A stretch of DNA of 64,000 bases from Aestuariivirga sp. (lineage in GTDB: Bacteria > Pseudomonadota > Alphaproteobacteria > Rhizobiales > Aestuariivirgaceae). The position numbers and the translations under genes were made by a program. Below the pieces are notes generated by a model that saw only the letters and a program-made list of their open reading frames with translations, ran no database searches and had not been told where the DNA came from. The stretch spans positions 54,079 through 118,078 of the forward strand of contig JAUXUN010000084.1 of the NCBI GenBank assembly GCA_030680855.1, in the 5' to 3' direction. Shown here one piece after another: positions 26,476 to 35,687 of this stretch. How positions within the stretch are numbered: the stretch's first letter is position 1; each line of letters starts with the position of its first letter.

Positions 26476-26778
26476 ATGTCGACAGCGTCTCGAAATTGCG
26501 GAACAGTTTGCAGCGCCCGCGGCCCATGGTCTAACGCACCAGAAGTCCCGGGAGTTTCCGGCAAGCCCGGCGGGCACTACGACCCGCGCGCCGCGAGGCA
26601 GTTAGGCGGTCCGCTCAGGACAGGGCCGAAGTGCGACCCGGAAGTTAAAACCGCAGCGTTCGCGAGCCGAGGCTCCGCGCATAAATCTACCCTACCCCGG
26701 CGTGGAGCCAGGCTCCGGCAATCCCCTCCATTTCCTTCCCTTTCCCAACCCCCGCCAAATTCTGGAGATGTCAGATGA
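26476..26778 (+). CDS. Orphan ORF, 100 aa, Pro/Gly/Arg-rich
   Basis: Strong AGGAGG Shine-Dalgarno (26465-26470); stop overlaps the next start (ATGA). No recognisable family; may instead be a structured non-coding leader. Confidence 0.35.
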   Translation: MSTASRNCGTVCSARGPWSNAPEVPGVSGKPGGHYDPRAARQLGGPLRTGPKCDPEVKTAAFASRGSAHKSTLPRRGARLRQSPPFPSLSQPPPNSGDVR

Positions 26779-27068
26779 CAGATAGTTACCCCCGCGTGAA
26801 ACCACTCGGCACATGCCCGCATACCTCCTGTGGCCGCGGCGACAAGACTTGCCGGAAGCTGGCTGCCGGAAATGCCTGCCTGAAAACCCACTTCGCAACA
26901 CACCACGACTGGGAGCAATTCATGGTCGCGCGCTTCAACGATCTGGAGCGGTTCACGAACGCTCTTGGAAAACTCGACGAGGAAGAGATGTGGAATGACG
27001 ATGCGATGTTTCACGCCCTTTGCCGGCGCATTGACGACCGGCGCATCAAAGAACCGGTTGTTCACTAA
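26775..27068 (+). CDS. Orphan Cys/His-rich small protein, 97 aa
   Basis: GGAG Shine-Dalgarno; N-terminal C-x4-C-x5-C-x8-C-x3-H, then an acidic helical C-terminus. Confidence 0.55.
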   Translation: MTDSYPRVKPLGTCPHTSCGRGDKTCRKLAAGNACLKTHFATHHDWEQFMVARFNDLERFTNALGKLDEEEMWNDDAMFHALCRRIDDRRIKEPVVH

Positions 27069-27131
27069 ATGTTCTTGCGCCGGAATGTGATGTGGGCTAG
27101 CGTCCTGTTTCTGCTGGGCGGGAACAGGGCG

Positions 27132-28664
27132 ATGACCTCACGGGTAGCAACGGTGGCGTTTCAGGGCATTGAGGCCGTGGCGGTCGATGTGCAGGCGCAG
27201 TTTCTTTCGGGCCAGGTGCAGTTTCATATCGTGGGCCTGCCCGACAAGGCGGTGGCTGAAAGCCGCGAGCGGGTGCGCGCTGCACTTTATGCCATCGGCC
27301 TCGGCCTGCCGGGCAAGCGGCTTGCCATCAATCTCTCGCCCGCCGATCTGCCCAAGGAAGGCAGCCATTTCGATCTGCCGATTGCGCTCGCGGTGCTCTC
27401 GGCACTCGGCGTCATTCCGCCGGATTTTTTGAACCGCTATGTGGTGCTGGGCGAGTTGGCCCTTGATGGCGCGCTGATGGCGGTGGCGGGTGCATTGCCT
27501 GCGGCAATTGCGGCGAACGGCCGGGAGATGGGGCTGATCTGCCCCAAGGCCTCGGGGGCGGAAGCGGCCTGGGCCGGCGAGGATATCGACATCCTGGCGC
27601 CCGACAATCTCATCCAGCTCATCAATCATGTGAAGGGCACGCAGGTGCTCTCGGCGCCGAAGCCGGCGCTGGCGCCCGAGCCAGGGGTGCTGCCTGATCT
27701 TCGCGACATCAAGGGACAGGAGAGCGGAAAGCGGGCGCTGGAGGTTGCGGCGGCCGGCGGGCATCATCTCTTGATGGTGGGACCGCCCGGTGCGGGCAAG
27801 TCCATGCTGGCCCAGCGCCTGCCCTCCATCTTGCCGCCAATGGATCCGCGCGAAATGCTTGATGTCAGCATGGTGGCCTCGCTTGGCGGGGAATTGAAGG
27901 ATGGCAGGCTGTCGCGGCGCAGGCCCTTCCGTTCGCCCCATCATTCGGCTAGCATGCCGGCTCTCGTCGGCGGCGGGCTTCGCGCCAAGCCCGGCGAAAT
28001 GGCGCTGGCCCATCACGGCGTGCTGTTTCTCGATGAGCTCCCCGAATTCCAGCCCCGCGTTCTGGAAAGCCTGCGGCAGCCGCTGGAGACGGGCGAGACG
28101 GTTGTGGCGCGGGCCAATTATCACGTCACCTATCCGGCGCAGTTTCAACTCATCGCCGCGATGAACCCATGCAAGTGCGGCATGGCGGGTGAGCCCGGGC
28201 ACACTTGCAAAAAAGGCCCGCGCTGCGCCACGGACTATCAGGGGCGGATTTCCGGGCCACTGCTTGACCGGATGGATATCCAGATTGAACTGCCCGCGGT
28301 GCGCATTGCCGATCTCGCCTTGCCGCCGCCCAAGGAAACCAGCGCCGATGTGGCTGCCCGCGTTGCCGCGGCGCGGCTCAGGCAAAAGCAGCGCTTTGAA
28401 AAACTCGGCATGGCGCAGTTGCGCATCAATGCGCAGGCCGACGGCGCGCTGCTCGAAGAAATCGCCCAGCCGGATCAGGCAGGCCTCAAACTCATGCGTG
28501 ATGCCGCCGATGCCATGGGCCTATCAGCCCGCGGCTATCACCGCGTATTGCGCGTGGCCCGCACCCTCGCCGATCTTGATGGCCGCGAGCAGATTGCGCG
28601 GCTGCACATCGCCGAGGCCCTGAGCTACCGCCAGAAGCTGGCGGCGTTTCAGGTGGCCGCCTGA
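27132..28664 (+). CDS. comM: YifB/ComM Mg-chelatase-like AAA+ ATPase
   Basis: VGLPDKAVAESRER, NLSPADLPKEGSHFDL, GPPGAGKS, RPFRSPHH, LFLDELPEF motifs. Confidence 0.93.
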   Translation: MTSRVATVAFQGIEAVAVDVQAQFLSGQVQFHIVGLPDKAVAESRERVRAALYAIGLGLPGKRLAINLSPADLPKEGSHFDLPIALAVLSALGVIPPDFLNRYVVLGELALDGALMAVAGALPAAIAANGREMGLICPKASGAEAAWAGEDIDILAPDNLIQLINHVKGTQVLSAPKPALAPEPGVLPDLRDIKGQESGKRALEVAAAGGHHLLMVGPPGAGKSMLAQRLPSILPPMDPREMLDVSMVASLGGELKDGRLSRRRPFRSPHHSASMPALVGGGLRAKPGEMALAHHGVLFLDELPEFQPRVLESLRQPLETGETVVARANYHVTYPAQFQLIAAMNPCKCGMAGEPGHTCKKGPRCATDYQGRISGPLLDRMDIQIELPAVRIADLALPPPKETSADVAARVAAARLRQKQRFEKLGMAQLRINAQADGALLEEIAQPDQAGLKLMRDAADAMGLSARGYHRVLRVARTLADLDGREQIARLHIAEALSYRQKLAAFQVAA

Positions 28665-29435
28665 TCAGGCCGCGTCGGCGTATTCCGCTCCGGTCTTGGC
28701 GCCGGTGATATAGGCGACGACGTCTTCGCCGCTGGTTTCGTGCTTCAACAGGTTCGCCACGATCCGCCCGCGGCGGAAGACGACGATCCGGTCCGCCAGG
28801 TCGAAGACCTGCCGCATGTTATGGGAGATTATGATCAAGGGCTCGCCGTTGGCCTTCAAGGTGCGGATGATGTTTTCAACCTGCGTGGTCTCCTGAACGC
28901 CAAGTGCTGCCGTGGGCTCATCCATGATGATGAGCTTCGAGGCGAAGGTTGCGGTGCGGGCAATCGCCACGCATTGGCGCTGGCCGCCCGACATTTTGCG
29001 GATGGAGTTGCCAAGGTTCGGAATCTTGACCGCGGTGCGCAGTAACGCTTTCTCGGTTGCGGCGCGCATCCCCTTGAAATCGAGGATCGAGAAGGGACCA
29101 AGATTGAGCCAGATTTTTTCCCGCCCCAGGAACAGGTTCGAGGGAACGTCGAGATCGTCGGCCAGGGCCAGGTTCTGGAACACGGTCTCTATCCCCGCCT
29201 GGCGGGCATCAAGCGGGCCTTTGAAGTGCACCTCCTGCCCGCCGAAGATGACTTTTCCGCTGGTGCGCTGCTCGACGCCGGTGATCTGCCGGACGAAGGT
29301 TGACTTGCCCGCGCCATTGTCGCCCATGATGGCGACATGCTCGCCCATGCGCAGTTCAAAGTTCGCGTTCTCCAGGGCATGGACGCCGCCATAGTGCTTG
29401 GTCAGCCCTTCGGTGCGCAGAATGACTTCTTCCAT
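28665..29435 (-). CDS. Sugar ABC transporter ATP-binding protein
   Basis: Walker A GDNGAGKS, signature MSGGQ, Walker B IIMDEPT. Confidence 0.93.
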   Translation of the reverse strand: MEEVILRTEGLTKHYGGVHALENANFELRMGEHVAIMGDNGAGKSTFVRQITGVEQRTSGKVIFGGQEVHFKGPLDARQAGIETVFQNLALADDLDVPSNLFLGREKIWLNLGPFSILDFKGMRAATEKALLRTAVKIPNLGNSIRKMSGGQRQCVAIARTATFASKLIIMDEPTAALGVQETTQVENIIRTLKANGEPLIIISHNMRQVFDLADRIVVFRRGRIVANLLKHETSGEDVVAYITGAKTGAEYADAA

Positions 29436-29438
29436 GGC

Positions 29439-30521
29439 TCAGCCCCCTATTGCCTGGCGGCGCTGCCGCCATTGATCCAATACCACGGCGCCCACGATGA
29501 TCACGCCCTTCACCATCTCCTGGTAATAGGCATCGAGCTTCAGGAAGGTGAAGCCCGAAATGATCACGCCGAAGATCAAGGCGCCTATGACCGTGCCGAT
29601 GATCGAACCCCGGCCGCCGGCGAGCGACGCGCCGCCGATCACGGTCATGGCGATTGCATCGAGCTCATACATCACGCCCATGCCGGCCTGCGCCGTGAGG
29701 TTCTTGGAACTCAAAACCAGCGCGGCCACCGAGGCCAGGACACCGGCTATCACATAGACAAGAACCTTGTGATGCTCGACCTTGATGCCGGAAATGCGCG
29801 CGGCCTCCTCGTTGGAGCCTATGGCGTAGCAGTGCCTGCCGTATTTTGTGTAGCTCATGATGAGCTGGAACAGGATGGCAAGCGTTATGAAAATCACGAC
29901 GGGCATCAGCCCCTTGCCAATGGCGGCGTAGCTTTCGGTGGGAAAGGAAATGGGATTGCCCGTTGACCACCAGCGCGACATGCCGCGCGCCGCCACCATC
30001 ATGCCAAGCGTGGCGATAAAGGGCGGAATGCGTGTGTAGGCAATCAATGACCCATTGATCAGGCCGGCAATGAGCCCGCAGCCCATCCCCACCAGTATCG
30101 GCACGATGACGGGCAGGTCGAGCCAGCCCAGCTCCGGAAAAATCGCTTTCGGATTGGGGTTGCCGTTGACGATGGCAACCTGCGCGAAAGACATGGCGAT
30201 CATGGCGGTGGCGCCGACGATGGAGCCTGAAGACAGGTCTATGCCCCCGGTGATGATCACCTGGGTGACGCCGATCGCGATGATGCCGACGATGGAGACC
30301 TGGAGAATGATGACTTCCAGCCGCTGCTGGTTGAAAAGGCCTACAACATTTTCGCGGGTGTTGAACAGGAAGCTGTCGCCGATCACGAGGCGGCCCAGAA
30401 TTTCGAAGACCGCGGTAATGAGCAGCAGCGCCACAAATACGTTTAGTTCCGCCGGCCGCGCCCGTTTCGAAGCATCATACTTCAGGCCGCCAACACCATG
30501 AGTTGCTTGTGCCACCTTCAT
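29439..30521 (-). CDS. Sugar ABC transporter permease
   Basis: GGIDLSSG, IPPFIATLG, YELDAIA..VIGG.SL.GG.G motifs. Confidence 0.93.
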   Translation of the reverse strand: MKVAQATHGVGGLKYDASKRARPAELNVFVALLLITAVFEILGRLVIGDSFLFNTRENVVGLFNQQRLEVIILQVSIVGIIAIGVTQVIITGGIDLSSGSIVGATAMIAMSFAQVAIVNGNPNPKAIFPELGWLDLPVIVPILVGMGCGLIAGLINGSLIAYTRIPPFIATLGMMVAARGMSRWWSTGNPISFPTESYAAIGKGLMPVVIFITLAILFQLIMSYTKYGRHCYAIGSNEEAARISGIKVEHHKVLVYVIAGVLASVAALVLSSKNLTAQAGMGVMYELDAIAMTVIGGASLAGGRGSIIGTVIGALIFGVIISGFTFLKLDAYYQEMVKGVIIVGAVVLDQWRQRRQAIGG

Positions 30522-30593
30522 CCTCCACTGACGGGCGCGCCCTGCGCCCGCCTCCCAGCTTCAACTTACATTAGAGCAAGATGCCGCATTATG

Positions 30594-30620
30594 AAAAGGA
30601 GCGGCGCCGATGCGCCGCTC
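30594..30620 (-). terminator. Stem-loop downstream of the sugar-binding protein gene
   Basis: Minus strand: GAGCGGCGCATCGGCGCCGCTC-CTTTT. Confidence 0.55.
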
Positions 30621-30644
30621 CGAAATGCCGTGTTATAATGTGAC

Positions 30645-31586
30645 TCAATTCTTTTTCAGGAAGTCGCCGATATTGGCCGGCGTCACCAGCTGGAAGGGGA
30701 TGTAAACCTTCTGGTCCACCGCCTCGCCCTTGGCCAGCTTGAGCGCTGCATCAAGCGCACCAGCGCCCTGGCCCGCGGCATCCTGGAACACGGTTACGTC
30801 CAGATCGCCCGCTTGCATGGCCACAAGCGCGTCCTGGGTTGCGTCCACGCCGCCCACGACAACCGCCTTCATGTCAACGTTAGCCGCCTTCATCGCCTGG
30901 ATGGCGCCAATGGCGCTTTCATCATTGTTGGCAATCACCCCGTCAAAGGCCGTGCCAGTCGAGAGCCAGTTGGTCATCAGGTTCTGGGCCTCGTCGCGGC
31001 GCCAGTTCGATGTCTGCTTGTCGATGATCTTGATGAAACTGCACTCCGGCGTGGCGATCACGTCGTCGATATCCTGGGTGCGCATCACGGCGGCCTGATT
31101 CGAGAGCTCGCCCATGATCACGTAGACCTTGGCTTCGGTCTTGCCCGCTTCCTTGAACAGGCGGCAGACTTCCTGAGTTTCAAGAGTGCCTGAATCCTTT
31201 TCGTTGGAGGCGACGAAAGCCTGGTTATCCGGCAGCGTGTCGACGTTGACCGGCTCGCGGTTCACATAGACCAGCGGGACGTTAGCGGCTGCGGCGGCGT
31301 CCGACATTGCCTGGGTCGCCGAGGTGTCAACCGGGTTCACAATGATCGCATCAACGCCCGAAGCGATGAAGTTCTTGATCTGGTCAAGCTGCTTGGCCAC
31401 ATCGTTCTGCGCATCCTCAACCTGCAGGTCGACGCCTTCCATGCCTTTTGCCTGGGCGACCATGCCGTTGCGCAGCACGGTCAGGAAGTTGTCATCGAAC
31501 AGGGCCATGGATACGCCGACATTTGCGGCAAGTGCGGTGCCGGACATGAGCGCTGTCATGGCGGCCGCGAGAATAAATTTCTTCAT
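30645..31586 (-). CDS. Inositol/rhizopine-type sugar ABC substrate-binding protein (MocB/IbpA-like)
   Basis: Signal peptide; GVSMALFDDNFLTVLRNGM, EDAQNDVAKQL, VNPVDT, GVDAT.DAL motifs. Confidence 0.85.
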   Translation of the reverse strand: MKKFILAAAMTALMSGTALAANVGVSMALFDDNFLTVLRNGMVAQAKGMEGVDLQVEDAQNDVAKQLDQIKNFIASGVDAIIVNPVDTSATQAMSDAAAAANVPLVYVNREPVNVDTLPDNQAFVASNEKDSGTLETQEVCRLFKEAGKTEAKVYVIMGELSNQAAVMRTQDIDDVIATPECSFIKIIDKQTSNWRRDEAQNLMTNWLSTGTAFDGVIANNDESAIGAIQAMKAANVDMKAVVVGGVDATQDALVAMQAGDLDVTVFQDAAGQGAGALDAALKLAKGEAVDQKVYIPFQLVTPANIGDFLKKN

Positions 31587-31899
31587 GTTTGTATCTCCTC
31601 CGTGAGGGTGTCCGGCGGCACCCTTTTTGATTGGCCGGAATGACCCCTAGGCGGGGCTAGGCGTAAAAAGTCACGGTCGGACAAGATGTGGAAAACATTC
31701 AAATCCTCCCAAATGCCAGCCGCGCCTTATTGATCGGGCAGTCTGGAGCGATGGAACCGAGATGGAATATTTGGAACATCTCGACCCTAATTTGGATAGA
31801 ATATTCCACTTTCCGAGAGAGTCAAACATTCCTCTTGGGGTTGTACGCGAACCTATCAAAATCTATCATGCAGCCGGAGACCGTGCTTGATAGGGACTT

Positions 31900-32928
31900 T
31901 CAGATGTTTTCGCTGACAAATATTTCGGCGAGAAGCTGAACTAGAGTTCCGCCCTCGTGACGGCCGGAAACCACGGCATGGGCCATGGCCGCAACGGCGT
32001 GGGACGCCAGTGCCGCAACCGGCGTTGCCAGAACCAGATCAATGGTGCCATCGATAAGGGCACTGCGGGTGACCGGGATCAATTCGTTGCACACGGCGAT
32101 AATCCGGTCTCCGGCTTTCTCATCGCGCAGCGCCCGCACCAGCCCGTCCATGCCGCCGCCCGACATATAAATTCCAACGAGGTCCTCATTGGTCGAAATC
32201 ATGTCTTCGACGGCCTCATAGGCAATGCGCTGGTCATCGAGATTTACCAGCGGCTCAAGCACCTGGAACTGGGGGGCATTCTCGCGCATGTAGCTCCTGA
32301 AGCTGATCTCGGCGGTTTCCTGGCTGAGATAACGGTGGCTGCCGAGGAGGATGCCAATTTTTCCCGGCTTCCGTGCCAGACGGGATATGGTCCATGCCGC
32401 GGTGCGGCCGGCTTTTCTCGCATCCACACCAATATATCCGGCCCTGGCCGGCGTAGTGAGATCGCTCAGCAGTGTGAATACCGGCTTGCCCCTGGCAACA
32501 ATTTCTTCAACGGCTTCGCTCACCAGCGGATGGTCAACGGCGACCACCGCCAGGGCGTCAACCCGCGCACCGATGTCGCGGATCTTCGCGGCAATGAAGG
32601 AGGGAACAAGTTCATCCATGAACTCGATGACGGCCTTGCCACGAATGGAAGAGGCGGACTTGGTGGCATTCAGAAGTTCATTGGCAAGCGCCTGGTAGAA
32701 ATCATCGCCGCGCTTTTGCAGCAGGAACCCCATGGTGCAGGGCCTGACTTCGGTCATGCGCTGCTTGAGGAGGCCGGTGGCATGATACCCAATGGCTTCG
32801 GCGGCGGCCACAACGCGAAGCGCCGTATCCTCGCGCACCGGCAGGCGCCGGTTCAGGACCCGGTCGACGGTGGCAACGCTCACCCCCGCCTCACGCGCCA
32901 GATCGGCAATTGTCGCCCGTTTGCCCAT
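31900..32928 (-). CDS. LacI-family transcriptional regulator
   Basis: ATIADLAREAGVSVATVDRVLN HTH plus a periplasmic-binding-fold C-terminus. Confidence 0.93.
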   Translation of the reverse strand: MGKRATIADLAREAGVSVATVDRVLNRRLPVREDTALRVVAAAEAIGYHATGLLKQRMTEVRPCTMGFLLQKRGDDFYQALANELLNATKSASSIRGKAVIEFMDELVPSFIAAKIRDIGARVDALAVVAVDHPLVSEAVEEIVARGKPVFTLLSDLTTPARAGYIGVDARKAGRTAAWTISRLARKPGKIGILLGSHRYLSQETAEISFRSYMRENAPQFQVLEPLVNLDDQRIAYEAVEDMISTNEDLVGIYMSGGGMDGLVRALRDEKAGDRIIAVCNELIPVTRSALIDGTIDLVLATPVAALASHAVAAMAHAVVSGRHEGGTLVQLLAEIFVSENI

Positions 32929-33059
32929 CGTGGTTTCCTTCAGCACTTCACTCCCTAGCACATGAAAGTTTCTGATGCAATTTGATAGAGTATGTCAGAA
33001 TCAGTTTGCCCCTTTGACAATCCTCTACTATGGGAAGCAGCACATTTCGGAGTAACCCC

Positions 33060-34127
33060 ATGAATGTGATTGCCACGCCGCGCGACTATGGCCTTCTCGG
33101 CCGTGACGCCAAGCTCGCCGAGGAAATGGGGCTGGCGTCGGCGCAGTGGTATCAATGCCCGATGCCGCGCAAGCGGCTCAAGGAACTGATGCAGCGCCGG
33201 GATGCGCCGGCCATTCTCGACACTGTCATCTGGATTGCTTCGTTCCTGGTCAGCGGCGGTCTCGCCTATTATTTCTGGCCAACCTGGGCGGCCCTGCCAT
33301 TTTTCCTGATCTACGGCGTGCTCTACGGCTCATCCACCGACTCGCGCTGGCATGAATGCGGCCATGGCACCGCCTTCAAGACCCGCTGGATGAATGACGC
33401 CATCTATCACATCGCCTGCTTCATGATCATGCGGGAACCTACGGTCTGGCGCTGGAGCCATACGCGCCACCACACGGATACCATCATCGTGGGACGCGAC
33501 CCGGAAATCGCCGTCATGCGCCCGGTGTTGATCCTCAAGGTGATTTCCATGTTCTTTGCCATTCCGCAAACCTGGGGGGCGATCAAGAGCATTGTCCGCC
33601 ATGCTTTCGGAAGACTTGGCGATGAGGAGGCGACCTTCATTCCCGAAATGGAGCGGGGCAAGGTTTATCTGGTGGCCCGCATCTGGATCGTGATCCATGT
33701 TGCCGTCATTGCCAGTGCATTCTATGCGGAATCAATCCTGCCGATGCTGTTTGTGGGCCCGCTGCCTACCATGTATGGGGCCTGGGTCCATGTGATGACC
33801 GGCCTCACCCAGCATGGCGGATTGGCCGAGGATGTGCTTGACCACCGCCTGAACAGCCGGACAGTCCTCTTGAATCCCGTCCTGCGGTTCATTTACTGGA
33901 ACATGAATTACCACATCGAGCATCACATGTTCCCCATGGTGCCCTATCACGCGCTTCCGGAACTGCACAAGGATTTGCAACCCTACCTGCCGCGGCCAAA
34001 TTCCGGCATCATCGATGCCTACCGCGATATCATTCCGGCCCTGTGGCGGCAACGCAAGGAACCGGACTGGCACATCGAACCCAAATTGCCAGCGGGTGTT
34101 TCCCCTGTTACAGCTGCGGCGGAATGA
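33060..34127 (+). CDS. MocD-like fatty-acid-desaturase-family di-iron oxygenase
   Basis: His boxes HECGH, HTRHH, HIEHH; followed by a Rieske ferredoxin and reductase as in mocDEF. Confidence 0.85.
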   Translation: MNVIATPRDYGLLGRDAKLAEEMGLASAQWYQCPMPRKRLKELMQRRDAPAILDTVIWIASFLVSGGLAYYFWPTWAALPFFLIYGVLYGSSTDSRWHECGHGTAFKTRWMNDAIYHIACFMIMREPTVWRWSHTRHHTDTIIVGRDPEIAVMRPVLILKVISMFFAIPQTWGAIKSIVRHAFGRLGDEEATFIPEMERGKVYLVARIWIVIHVAVIASAFYAESILPMLFVGPLPTMYGAWVHVMTGLTQHGGLAEDVLDHRLNSRTVLLNPVLRFIYWNMNYHIEHHMFPMVPYHALPELHKDLQPYLPRPNSGIIDAYRDIIPALWRQRKEPDWHIEPKLPAGVSPVTAAAE

Positions 34128-34137
34128 AGGACAGCCA

Positions 34138-34455
34138 ATGGGCCAGTGGATTGAAGTGTGTGCGGCAGGAGACATCGACGCGGAAGATGTCATGCGCTTT
34201 GACCATGGGGGGCAGACCTTTGCCATCTACCGCTCACCCGATGACGAGTTTTATGCCACCGACGGCCTTTGCACCCATGAAAAAGTGCATCTCGCCGACG
34301 GGCTGGTGATGGACAACATCATTGAATGCCCCAAGCACAATGGCCGGTTTGACTATCGCAATGGTGCTGCAATGGGCGCGCCGGCCTGCGTCAATCTCAA
34401 AACCTATCCGGTCAAAGTCGAAGCTGGAAAAGTCCTGATCGATACAGGCGCATAG
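34138..34455 (+). CDS. MocE-family Rieske 2Fe-2S ferredoxin
   Basis: CTH...CPKH Rieske ligands. Confidence 0.9.
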   Translation: MGQWIEVCAAGDIDAEDVMRFDHGGQTFAIYRSPDDEFYATDGLCTHEKVHLADGLVMDNIIECPKHNGRFDYRNGAAMGAPACVNLKTYPVKVEAGKVLIDTGA

Positions 34456-34456
34456 C

Positions 34457-35677
34457 ATGACTGAAGCCAGCATGGTGATTGTGGGCGGCGGCAAAGCGGG
34501 GGCGCGGGCTGCCGTTGCGTTCCGGGAAAATTCCTGGAAGGGCCCGGTTACCCTCATCAGCGATGAGGCGCTTGCTCCCTACGACAGGCCGCCGCTATCC
34601 AAGGCGGCCATCATGGAGGAGGCCGAACCGCAACCCGTCTATTTGCTCGATGAAGGCATGATGGCCTCGCTTGAGGTCAATTTTTTGCGCGGTGTTGCGG
34701 CAACGGCAATAGACCGGAACGCAAAAACCCTGTCGCTCGCCGACGGCAAAAACATTTCCTACGACCGCCTGTTGATTGCAACGGGGGCGGAGCCCCGGCG
34801 GCTTTCGCAGGCGGGCGCAGAGCGCGCCCTGCTGCTGCGCGATCTCGCCGATTCCGCCAAAATTCGATCTGAATTCATCAGCGGAAAAAGCGTCGCCATC
34901 ATCGGCGGTGGTTTTATCGGGCTGGAACTTGCCGCAAGTGCCGCCAAGCGCGGCTGCCACGTCACCGTCATCGAGGCGCAACCGCGCGTTCTCATGCGCG
35001 GTGTCCCGCCGGACATCGCAGCGCGCATTGCCGCACGCCATGCGGAAGCGGACGTCGCAATTTTGACAAGTGCCAGCATCGCGGAAATCGGTTCCGACAG
35101 GATTCTTCTATCAGACGGGCGCGAGGTTCCGGCCGATATCGTAATTGCCGGCATCGGAGCCGCACCGCGCATCAAGCTCGCCGAAGAGGCAGGCCTTGCA
35201 CTGGACAACGGCATCGCCTGCAACACTTATCTGCAAACATCGGATTCCTATATTTTCGCGGTTGGCGATTGCTGCTCATTTCCCCATCCCGTGTTCGGCA
35301 ATGAGCGTTTGCGCCTTGAGGCGTGGCGAAATGCCAGTGACCAGGCCATTGTTGCCGTTGAAAACATGCTTGGCGGGCAAAAGCCCTATGAAGCCGTGCC
35401 GTGGTTCTGGACGGATCAATATGAACTCAACCTGCAAATCGCAGGGCTACCGCAGCAGGGCGTTTCGATCGTTCAGCGCGTGCCGAAGGAAGGTGCCTTG
35501 ATCCTTTGCCATCTGGATGCCGAGGGCCGCCTGGTGGGGGCCAGCGGCATTGGGCAGGGCAATTCCATTGCCCGCGACATTCGCCTGCTCGAGATGCTGA
35601 TTGGAAAGAAGGCCGCTCCCGACCCGGCCTTGCTTGCCGATCCGGCGTTCCAGTTGAAGTCCCTGCTCAAACCCTGA
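34457..35677 (+). CDS. MocF-like FAD/NAD ferredoxin reductase
   Basis: GGGKAG, PYDRPPLSK, IGGGFIGLE, FAVGDC, PWFWTDQY motifs. Confidence 0.92.
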   Translation: MTEASMVIVGGGKAGARAAVAFRENSWKGPVTLISDEALAPYDRPPLSKAAIMEEAEPQPVYLLDEGMMASLEVNFLRGVAATAIDRNAKTLSLADGKNISYDRLLIATGAEPRRLSQAGAERALLLRDLADSAKIRSEFISGKSVAIIGGGFIGLELAASAAKRGCHVTVIEAQPRVLMRGVPPDIAARIAARHAEADVAILTSASIAEIGSDRILLSDGREVPADIVIAGIGAAPRIKLAEEAGLALDNGIACNTYLQTSDSYIFAVGDCCSFPHPVFGNERLRLEAWRNASDQAIVAVENMLGGQKPYEAVPWFWTDQYELNLQIAGLPQQGVSIVQRVPKEGALILCHLDAEGRLVGASGIGQGNSIARDIRLLEMLIGKKAAPDPALLADPAFQLKSLLKP

Positions 35678-35687
35678 GGAAGCCGCG

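Noticed and set aside
26446-26770. tmRNA, RNase P RNA, SRP RNA or 6S RNA
   Set aside because: None of the conserved signature sequences or usual gene contexts is present.
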